Shown here piece by piece: positions 44,888 through 53,600 of a stretch of 64,000 bases of DNA. How positions within the stretch are numbered: position 1 is the first letter of the stretch; every line of letters begins with the position of its first letter. Position numbers and translations under genes: made by a program. This stretch comes from Clostridia bacterium (GTDB taxonomy: Bacteria; Bacillota; Clostridia; UMGS1883), in NCBI GenBank assembly GCA_030527235.1, contig JAUNBL010000004.1, forward strand, positions 13,932 through 77,931, read 5' to 3'. The notes beneath the pieces are model-generated. The model did not search any database. It saw only the letters and a program-made list of their open reading frames with translations, and was not told the DNA's origin.

Positions 44888-45649
44888 TTACTCCCCGCTT
44901 TCTATCAAATCACGCATGTTGTAAAACCCCGCGCCAAGGTGGGCAATAAAAAGCGCGGCGCGCACTGCGCCCACGGCAAAGACTTCTCTGCTTGTAGCGC
45001 TGTGCTTTATCTCAATAATCTCATCGGTTCCCGCAAAAATTACGGTGTGGTCCCCCACAATTGTGCCGCCGCGCACGGCATGTATTCCCAGCTCGTTCCT
45101 GCCCCGTTTGCGGCGGACGCTGTGGCGGTCATAAATGTACTCTTTTTTGTTTTCTATCGCTTCATTTACAGCATCTGCAATGGCCAGAGCTGTGCCGGAC
45201 GGCGCATCAACCTTTTGATTGTGGTGGCGCTCTACTATTTCTATGTCAAACTCCTCTTCAAGTGTGGCCGCCGTCTTTTGAGCAAGATTTATCAAAAGAT
45301 TTATCCCCAGACTCATGTTCGCAGAAAAGAACACGGCAACATCTGCCGAGGCTTTTTTTATTTCGCCTTTCTGCAAATCTGAAAGCCCGGTAGTGCAGAT
45401 AACGATAGGTGTTTGCTTCTCTTTAGCATAAGACAAAACACTGCTCAAAAGAGAAGGGTGCGAAAAGTCAATAATCACATCCGCCTCCTCCTTCACCTGG
45501 GCAATCTCCGGATACACCGGGAAGCCCTGCGAGGAAGCCGTGTTCAAATCCACTCCGGCAACCACCTGACAATCACCGCGCTCTTGAGTCAACCGAGATA
45601 CTGTATGCCCCATTTTGCCGTTTGCACCGCAAAGAATAATTCTTATCAT
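44888..45649 (-). CDS. dapB: 4-hydroxy-tetrahydrodipicolinate reductase
   Basis: Blocks are MIRIILCGANGKMG, ERHHNQKVDAPSGTA and AVRGG. ATG 45649 follows AAGGGTG; the track starts at a GTG at 45661. Confidence 0.9.
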   Translation of the reverse strand: MIRIILCGANGKMGHTVSRLTQERGDCQVVAGVDLNTASSQGFPVYPEIAQVKEEADVIIDFSHPSLLSSVLSYAKEKQTPIVICTTGLSDLQKGEIKKASADVAVFFSANMSLGINLLINLAQKTAATLEEEFDIEIVERHHNQKVDAPSGTALAIADAVNEAIENKKEYIYDRHSVRRKRGRNELGIHAVRGGTIVGDHTVIFAGTDEIIEIKHSATSREVFAVGAVRAALFIAHLGAGFYNMRDLIESGE

Positions 45650-45663
45650 TTGTAAATTCACCC

Positions 45664-46557
45664 TTACTTTACTTTCAGTCCGTACCGAATCATGGCGTTC
45701 CTGAGCTTCTCGCGCCCGCTTTCACTTATTGTGCAGAGCGGAAGCCGCAGCACCGCTGTATCAAATCCCATCATGGCAGCTGCGGCCTTAACGGGAATCG
45801 GGTTAACCTCACAAAAAAGAGCCGAAATAAGCTCCATTGCCTCAAGCTGAAGCTTTGCCGCAGCCGAGGTGTTTCCGCAAAGGTATTGTGCAACCATATC
45901 GTGTGTTTTTTGCGGCGCAATATTTGCCAAAACCGAAATAGTTCCCACTGCGCCGAGCGACAAAAGCGCCACGTTCGCGTCGTCGTTGCCGGAATAGACG
46001 TCTATCTTATCGCCGCAAAGGGCAAGAATTTTTGCCGCCTGTGCGATGTCTCCGCTCGCTTCCTTTATACCCACTATGCGCGGGTGATTTGAAAGCTCCG
46101 CCAGCGTTTCAGGCGCTATATTAACGCCTGTGCGCGAAGGAACATTATAAAGAATACAAGGGATTTCTACTGCGTCCGCCGTAGCTGTAAAATGAGCGAC
46201 AAGCCCACGCTGAGTGGTCTTGTTATAATACGGTGTAACAAGCAGCAGCGCATCCGCGCCAAGCTTTTGCGCGTTGCGAGAGAGCGCGATACCGTGTACA
46301 GTATCGTTGCTGCCGGTGCCGGCTATCACGGGAACTCTGCCCGCCACACGCTTGACTGTATACTCTATCACGCTGAGATGTTCGGCATCATTCATTGTGG
46401 CCGGTTCACCCGTTGTGCCACAGGCAAGAATGGCGTCCGTGCCGCCTGCTATCTGAAACTCAATCAGACTGCCAAGTTCTTCAAAATTAATGGACCCGTC
46501 CGCATTAAATGGCGTTATGAGAGCAACTGCACTCCCCTTAAAGACTGTGTTCTTCAT
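45664..46557 (-). CDS. dapA: 4-hydroxy-tetrahydrodipicolinate synthase
   Basis: Blocks are GSAVALITPF, GTTGEPATM, YNVPSRTG and the active Lys in VGIKEASGD. ATG 46557 follows GGAGGT; the track ORF starts at 46572. Confidence 0.9.
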   Translation of the reverse strand: MKNTVFKGSAVALITPFNADGSINFEELGSLIEFQIAGGTDAILACGTTGEPATMNDAEHLSVIEYTVKRVAGRVPVIAGTGSNDTVHGIALSRNAQKLGADALLLVTPYYNKTTQRGLVAHFTATADAVEIPCILYNVPSRTGVNIAPETLAELSNHPRIVGIKEASGDIAQAAKILALCGDKIDVYSGNDDANVALLSLGAVGTISVLANIAPQKTHDMVAQYLCGNTSAAAKLQLEAMELISALFCEVNPIPVKAAAAMMGFDTAVLRLPLCTISESGREKLRNAMIRYGLKVK

Positions 46558-46572
46558 CAAAACAACCTCCAA

Positions 46573-47574
46573 TCATTCGGAAAAATTGTACTCTATAAGC
46601 TTTTTGGCAATTTGTACCGCGTTCGTCGCAGCGCCTTTTCTTATGTTATCCGCCACCACCCATATGTTTATGCCGCTCTCCACGCTGAAATCACGGCGAA
46701 TTCTTCCTACATACGTTTCATTTGTACCGCTGGCAGTAATCGCCATCGGATAGACGTTGTTTTGCACATCATCCTGCACCACAATTCCGGGCGCTTTTTT
46801 AAGTATATCTGCAAGCTCCTCTATTTCAAACGGCTTTTCAAACTCCACATTTATTGACTCGCTGTGGCTGTTAAACACGGGCACACGGACCGTCGTTGCC
46901 GTTACGCGCAAATCGCTCTTACCTAAGATTTTACGCGTTTCATTAACCATCTTTTCTTCTTCCTTCGTATATCCGTTCGGCAAGAAAACGTCTATATGCG
47001 GCAAGCAGTTATTGGCTATAGGGTGCGGAAACTTCTTAGGCTCCTCACCGCGAAGTCCACTCTCAAGGTCTTTCCACCCGCCGAGTCCTGCGCCGGAAAC
47101 CGCCTGATATGTTGAATATACCACTCGCTTTATCGAATATGCATCGTCAAGCGGCTTCAACGCCACAACCGCTTGAATAGTGGAACAATTAGGGTTTGCA
47201 ATAATTCCCTTATTCCACTTAATATCCTCCGGATTAACCTCGGGTACCACAAGCGGAACCGAAGGGTCCATCCTCCACGCGCTGGAGTTATCTATAACTA
47301 CACAGCCATGCGCCGCGGCAATAGGCGCAAACTTTTCACTTGTTGCGCCGCCCGCCGAAAACAGTGCAATATCTATACCTCTGTCAAAGGAATCCTCTTT
47401 AAGCTCCTCAACTGTATATTCTTTTCCCATAAATGTCAGTTTTGTGCCGGCGGAACGCGCCGAAGAAAAGAGGTAATAGTTATCGGCAGGGAGCTTTTCC
47501 TCTTCCAGAACTTTGAGAAACGTCCTTCCCACCATGCCCGTAGCTCCGACAACTGCAATATTAAGCTTTTTCAT
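46573..47574 (-). CDS. asd: Aspartate-semialdehyde dehydrogenase
   Basis: Blocks are MKKLNIAVVGATGMVG, the active Cys in IANPNCSTI, and QAVSGAG. ATG 47574 follows GGAAGGA; the track ORF starts at 47592. Confidence 0.9.
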   Translation of the reverse strand: MKKLNIAVVGATGMVGRTFLKVLEEEKLPADNYYLFSSARSAGTKLTFMGKEYTVEELKEDSFDRGIDIALFSAGGATSEKFAPIAAAHGCVVIDNSSAWRMDPSVPLVVPEVNPEDIKWNKGIIANPNCSTIQAVVALKPLDDAYSIKRVVYSTYQAVSGAGLGGWKDLESGLRGEEPKKFPHPIANNCLPHIDVFLPNGYTKEEEKMVNETRKILGKSDLRVTATTVRVPVFNSHSESINVEFEKPFEIEELADILKKAPGIVVQDDVQNNVYPMAITASGTNETYVGRIRRDFSVESGINIWVVADNIRKGAATNAVQIAKKLIEYNFSE

Positions 47575-47611
47575 ATTCAACAGTCCTTCCAATATATATT
47601 ACATCTCAGTA

Positions 47612-47640
47612 ATTATATCACCATATTCTATGCCTGTCAA
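47612..47640 (-). promoter_or_regulatory. Consensus sigma-A promoter of the asd operon
   Basis: On the minus strand: TTGACA (plus 47635-40), 17-nt spacer, TATAAT (plus 47612-17). Confidence 0.7.
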
Positions 47641-47723
47641 ATGCTTTGTGCGCTTAACATCCATGATTTTACGGCGCAAAAATAGAGGGTTTTCGGTCAG
47701 TTTGTAGAATTTAGAGCAATGAG

Positions 47724-49019
47724 GTGGTTTTTGTGAAAATAATTAAAGCGTTTGTCGCCTCGGCGCTGACGGCGCTCCTTTTTGCTGTTGCGGCGCAGGG
47801 CGCAGAATATACAGACACTTTGAAAATAGGGCTCTATTACGCATCCTCGGCGCCGACCTCGGTAACTTTATGGAGCAACAGCGTTATGCATGTTTCAGAT
47901 TATATAACGAAAGCTCCGATTGCCGAAATACCGGCGGAAACAACGCTGACTCTTGCGCGCGTGGGAAGCATAATGGCGGCGGCCGGATACTTTGAGACTG
48001 CATCTGTGAGCGTGTACGTTTCTTCGGAAACGCCTATTGCCCTAAACGGCGCCGCTTACAGAGGCGATATGCTCTTTAACCTTGCAGAAGCGGGTATGAC
48101 AGTTATAAACGTTGTCAATACTGAGGACTATCTTCAGAGCGTACTCGGCAGAGAAATGAGTCCCTCGTGGGATGCGGAGGCGCTCAAAGCGCAAGCGGTG
48201 TGTTCAAGAAATTATGCCGTTTGTAATCTTGATAAACATAAAAGCTATGGGTTTGACCTATGCGCCACAACAGACTGTCAAGTCTACAGCGGTGTGGCGA
48301 GCGAGTCAGAGAGTACCATCGCCGCAGTGAAAGCAACAGCGGGCGTTGTGGCTACGTATGACGGCGAGATTGTGCCGCTGTACTTTTTTGCGACTGACGG
48401 AGGCGCCACCGAGGATGTTAAAAACGTATGGGGCAGCGAAGCGGGCTACTTAAAAAGCGTTATTGACCCGTACGAGGATCCCGCCGTGGCAACACGCTAT
48501 TCCTGGCAGACAACAATCAGCGCCACAACGCTGACAGAGCGACTTAAGGCACGCGGAATAGACATTGGAACCATTACGGATGTCCGCGTGGACGAACGCA
48601 GCGAGTCAGGTAGAGTAACGGCGCTTACGTTTGTGGGTACAAACGGCGAACAAACAGTTCTTCGCGAACGCACACGGACGACACTCGGCAGCGACGTGTG
48701 CTACAGTCAAAACTTTACAATAACAAAATCCGTCGGCGCTGCCAGTTTGGTTTCAACTTCTGGCGAGGTAGTTGCCTCACCCTTTGTTTTAAGCAGCGGC
48801 GGCGTGGCGAGTCTTTGTGCATCGTACATAATCGGTGCAAACGGCACGCTTTCCAATTTAACGCAAGGCAGTGCGGACGAATTTTCCCTGACCGGCAAAG
48901 GCTGGGGACACGGAGTGGGAATGAGCCAATACGGTGCGCTCGGTATGGCAAAGGCGGGCTTTGGCTACGAAGATATTCTTAAATTTTTCTTCACCGGCTT
49001 AGAGCTGCAAAGCCTTTAG
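47724..49019 (+). CDS. SpoIID/LytB-domain protein (secreted)
   Basis: The signal peptide is KIIKAFVASALTALLFAVAAQGA. The SpoIID-type blocks are EALKAQAVCSRNYA and GKGWGHGVGMSQYGA. The start is GTG 47724 or, in frame, GTG 47733, both after GAGGTG. Confidence 0.8.
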   Translation: MVFVKIIKAFVASALTALLFAVAAQGAEYTDTLKIGLYYASSAPTSVTLWSNSVMHVSDYITKAPIAEIPAETTLTLARVGSIMAAAGYFETASVSVYVSSETPIALNGAAYRGDMLFNLAEAGMTVINVVNTEDYLQSVLGREMSPSWDAEALKAQAVCSRNYAVCNLDKHKSYGFDLCATTDCQVYSGVASESESTIAAVKATAGVVATYDGEIVPLYFFATDGGATEDVKNVWGSEAGYLKSVIDPYEDPAVATRYSWQTTISATTLTERLKARGIDIGTITDVRVDERSESGRVTALTFVGTNGEQTVLRERTRTTLGSDVCYSQNFTITKSVGAASLVSTSGEVVASPFVLSSGGVASLCASYIIGANGTLSNLTQGSADEFSLTGKGWGHGVGMSQYGALGMAKAGFGYEDILKFFFTGLELQSL

Positions 49020-49076
49020 GCCGGTGTTGCTGAGAAAGGATGCTTCTTGCTTTTTCAGGGAGCTGCGGTACAAAAG

Positions 49077-50096
49077 ATGAAGACAGACGATTTTGACTAT
49101 GAGCTGCCGGAGGAGCTTATTGCGCAAAGACCTCTGGAAAACCGGGCGGATTCAAGGCTTTTGACGCTTGACAAAACAAGCGGCGCTGTTGAGCACAGGC
49201 ATTTTTACGATATTATTGATTATCTTCACGCGGGCGACTGTCTCGTATTAAACGACACCCGTGTAATTCCCGCTCGGCTTTACGGAACAAAAGCTGACAC
49301 CGGCGGAGAAATTGAGTTTTTGCTTCTCCACCGCCACTCAAAAGACGTGTGGGAGGTTGCTCTGCGGCCAGGCCGGCGCGCGAAGGCGGGCGCAGTATTT
49401 GAATTCGGAGGCATACTTCGGGCGACTGTCCTTCAAATCGTGGAAGGCGGCAATAGAATGGTGCAGTTTGAGTACTCCGGACTTTTTGAAAATATTTTAG
49501 ATTCTCTGGGAGAAACACCGTTGCCCCCTTACATAAAAGAAAAACTGGAGGATTCAGAGAGGTATCAGACCGTATACAGCGCGCACGATGGGAGCGCTGC
49601 CGCACCCACGGCAGGACTTCACTTTACCAAGACGCTGCTTGACGAGATAGAGAAAAAAGGCGTTTCACTCGCATATCTCACATTGCACGTGGGGTTGGGT
49701 ACGTTTCGCCCGGTGAAGGTAGACGATGTGGAAAATCATAAAATGCACTCTGAATATTTCATAATAGATGAAGAATGCGCCAATAAGATTAACGCGGCCA
49801 AGCATAGCGGCGGGCGGGTTGTGTGCGTTGGCACAACAAGCTGCCGCACGGTGGAAAGCGCGGCGGCGGGCGGCGAGGTTCGTCCAATGAGCGGCGAAAC
49901 CGATATTTTTATATACCCTGGCTTCAACTTCCAAATTACCGACGCGCTTATAACAAATTTTCACCTGCCAAAATCCACGCTTATGATGCTTGTGTCAGCA
50001 TTTGCGGGCAGAGACAATATAATGCGCGCCTATAATGCGGCAGTCCGCGAAAAGTATCGCTTCTTCTCATTCGGTGATTGCTGTCTGATTATATAA
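49077..50096 (+). CDS. queA: S-adenosylmethionine:tRNA ribosyltransferase-isomerase
   Basis: Blocks are [26 protein letters not shown] and [10 protein letters not shown]. The track starts at a TTG at 49047. Confidence 0.9.
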   Translation: MKTDDFDYELPEELIAQRPLENRADSRLLTLDKTSGAVEHRHFYDIIDYLHAGDCLVLNDTRVIPARLYGTKADTGGEIEFLLLHRHSKDVWEVALRPGRRAKAGAVFEFGGILRATVLQIVEGGNRMVQFEYSGLFENILDSLGETPLPPYIKEKLEDSERYQTVYSAHDGSAAAPTAGLHFTKTLLDEIEKKGVSLAYLTLHVGLGTFRPVKVDDVENHKMHSEYFIIDEECANKINAAKHSGGRVVCVGTTSCRTVESAAAGGEVRPMSGETDIFIYPGFNFQITDALITNFHLPKSTLMMLVSAFAGRDNIMRAYNAAVREKYRFFSFGDCCLII

Positions 50097-50143
50097 AGCT
50101 CACATTATTGCTGTGACAAAAATATTATGATGCAAGCGACGCC

Positions 50144-50177
50144 CCGACACCGCATTTTGCGGTGTCGGTTTTGTTTT
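50144..50177 (+). terminator. Intrinsic terminator after queA
   Basis: CCGACACCGC-ATTTT-GCGGTGTCGG followed by TTTTGTTTT. Confidence 0.9.
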
Positions 50178-50257
50178 GCGTTATGGAAGCTGAACTAAAA
50201 CTCAATCAAACAACAGTTTCTGAATTTCTTTTCATTCTTTCCCTGTTCACTGAGCGG

Positions 50258-50566
50258 CTAAAGCTCTGTATATGTCGTTTCACCGGAAGTGCTTGACATG
50301 CGTTTCTCTTTTGTTATCAAAAAGTCGCAATCTGCAACCATATTGACTAATTTTATGGTTGCTATTACAGCGCAAAATGTATTAAATGAATATTGGAAGG
50401 TATAGATGCGCTCTTGTGCCATGCATATCATAGAGACCATGTGAAAACCAATAGCGCTGAAACCTCTCTTTGAATTTGTTTCGGAGCGCCGCAAAGCTTG
50501 CTGGAGCCTATGCGTCCAAAGCAGTCTGAGCAAAGCGGCAGCGAGTAGGGCAATGCCGGCGTACAA
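50258..50566 (-). CDS. Doubtful small ORF (102 aa, TTG start) in an otherwise non-coding 460-nt gap
   Basis: It is the only ORF in the gap. It has a weak RBS and no motif I recognise. It could be spurious or a gene remnant. Confidence 0.15.
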   Translation of the reverse strand: MYAGIALLAAALLRLLWTHRLQQALRRSETNSKRGFSAIGFHMVSMICMAQERIYTFQYSFNTFCAVIATIKLVNMVADCDFLITKEKRMSSTSGETTYTEL

Positions 50567-50634
50567 ACCTTTGACCTTCTTGCAGACGGATTGCTGGCTG
50601 AAACATATATGCTAAAAAAACAGGAGGAGAGAAA

Positions 50635-53600
50635 ATGAGGTTGGGAAAAATTTTGCAAACACCACTTTCGGCAATACTTACCTTGTCGGTGTGCCTAAGC
50701 GCAATGGCAACAGGAGGACTTTGCGCGCAAAAAACAACAGAAGATGAAGGGGAGTTTATTATTTACTCAAATGTGTTTTATGCACCCGGCAGCGACAACC
50801 GCAACTGGTGTGAAGGCATGGTAAGCGGCAATGGCGAAAGCGGCGTAATTACATCGGGTGTGCCTTACAGCGATACGCTCATTTATCAAAACATATCGTT
50901 TAACATGCCCAACAATAATTACAGAGAGGTTATGCCGGGCATGTCAGAGGAGCTTGAAGAATCAAGAGCTGCTGTTATAAACCGTGATACAAGCTGGAAT
51001 TATAACGGTAGGAGCCGTCAGCGTTATTATACCTTTCATCCGGCGCACGAGCTGCGTATTACCACAGAGGAGCAAGCATACAGCAATTACAAACGTTGGA
51101 CAAACTACGAAAGTGCGGAAGTCGGTGTAAGCTATAGCGATGCTTACGGCAGCTGGGAAAGAACCACCTTTACATCGCGAGCCGACGATGTTACAATAAC
51201 ACGCATCGGAAAATCCTCGGCAAACAGAAAGGTTGATATAACGCTGTCAATAGATAACCTTTCCGATTTGAGGGGGTTCGGAAGCGGTTACGAAAAAAAT
51301 CTGGCATATAAAAAAATAGTTTCCCCAAATAACGACTACATCGCACTTGTTGCGCACTACCCCGTAACAGAACGAGGGGTTTTATACCATAATGCCGGCT
51401 ATGCGGGCGTAACTCAGGTAATTGCGATAGGCGGCACAAAGGAGAAAGTGTCTCTCAGCGGTACGAAAGAAAGCCAAAATGTGGGTTCGGAGGCTAATCC
51501 GGCGATTAAAATCAGCGGCGCCGAAGCGGTGTACCTTATTACAAGAGCGGACAACAGTTTTACAATGGGAAAAATGTCCAGCTTCCCCTCAACGCAAACT
51601 TATGACCTTGTAAACGACTTGTTTGCACAGACAGATGCCGTTGTAAAAAAATATACATTCGGAGGCCTCTTTGATTATGACAAGGCTCTGGCGGCACACG
51701 TTGCACTTCATAAACCGGAGTTTGACAATGTGAAGATTGACCTCAATTCAACGGCTGCGGACAGAGCTCTTTCTAATGAGGAGTTAATCGCGAAGCAAAA
51801 ATCGTCATCGGAATTAAACGCTGCGTTTGTCGAGCGGGCGTACTACGCGGGACGTTACGCACAGCTTTGCTGCGCAGGATACAGCACCTCGCGCCTCGGC
51901 GGAATGTGGACCGGCGAATGGAATTCGCCATGGGGCGGACTTTGGACTATGGACGCCAATGTGAATTTGCAGGTTTCGGCGCTTAATACCGGTAATATTT
52001 CATTCTCGCCAATCGGTTATATAAGCTTTATTCTAAGGCAGGTCGGAGACTGGCAGACCAACGCCGAAAAAATATACGGAATGCATGACGCAATCTTGTC
52101 GCCGCACAACACCGATGGTGAAAGCGCTTTTATGATACAGAGCGATGCATCCTATCCTCTTCAGTATTGGAATGCGTCCGCGAGCTGGATGCTGCTGCCG
52201 ATTTATGAATACTGGCAGTGCTACGGGAACAGTCATATACCTATCCCTAAAGAGGTTGACCTGCACAAAATTAAAGGTATTCTCGGCGTTAATGATGGCG
52301 GCCTTTCCGAAGCGCAGGTAGATGCGCTCATACAACGCGGCTATCTTGATTTGGAAGTGGATATTCTGCTGCCGCTTCTGATAAAGCAAAGCAACTTTTG
52401 GGAGCAGCTTTGCACGCCTGAGTATTATACAGACGCAAACGGCAACCATAAGTACACAAAGGATAAAACGAAGCTTGAGGCGGGTGAGCGGTATCTGATT
52501 ATCCCCTCTTATTCTCCTGAAAACGCGCCAAGCGGCAGTTATAACAGACCCACGGCGCTTAATGCGACAATGGATATCGCGGCCGCGCGCGACGGTCTGG
52601 ACATGGCGATTGCACTGGAGAAGGCCGTAAACGGCGAAGCGAACAATGACAACATTGCGCGTTGGAAGGCGCTTAAAGAGAAGCTGCCGGAGTATCAGCT
52701 TGACGGAGAAGTGGGAAGCGCAACGACAAGCACCGGCGGAGGCGGCGCGCTGCGCGAATGGGCGACGCAGACATATACCGAAAGAAACGGTCACCGACAT
52801 TTGAGCCACCTTTATGTGGCATGGCCGGGATATGAAACAAAAACGGACGAGTGGCTTTATACCGCGGCAGTTTTGGCGCTGCAGAACCGTCTGCGCTTGA
52901 ATTCGGGCGATGCTACAACAGGTCATGGCTGGATACATCAGTCGCTTGTGGCGGCGCGCCTCGGCAACAAGGATATTGTTGACGCCAATATGAAAACACT
53001 TATGAAAAGCAATATCTATTTTACATCAATGATGACAGACCACAACACAAACAGGGGGAGCAACGCGTATTGCACAGACACTCTTATAGGCATGACGGGT
53101 GTAATAAACGAATCTCTCGTTTACTCGAATACGGGCGAAATAGAGGTTCTTCCCACGCTTTTGGATACATGGAAAACGGGCAGTATCAGCGGCATACGAG
53201 CAAGAACACGCGCGCTTATCAATAAACTGGAATGGGACATGGACCAAGGCGCGGTAAAAGTTGAAATAACGTCGGACGAGAACCAGGAGATAAAGCTTTC
53301 CTCGGGAGAGACGTGGTATAGCGCCTCTGTGCAGGGGTGTGACGCAGTTGTTAATGCACAAGAGGAAATCACGCTTAAAATGCAAGCCGGAGAAACGGCG
53401 TTTATTACGCTCTACGGCTTTGTCTCCGACAAGGCTACGCTCCAAAGCAAAATCACACAGGCACAAGCCGAGCTCGAAAGCAAGAGCGCGGACAGCTACG
53501 CTCTGAAGAAGGCTGCTGTTAACGCGGCGTTTGAGCAGGTTATAACAAAAGCCCAAGCGCTCTATAACCGCAGCGACGCATCTGCGGATGATATAACCGC

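Noticed and set aside
47575-47723. Possible lysine riboswitch (L-box) upstream of the asd-dapA-dapB operon
   Set aside because: The promoter lies only about 40 nt from the asd start codon. The leader is far too short for an L-box, and no conserved L-box blocks are seen.
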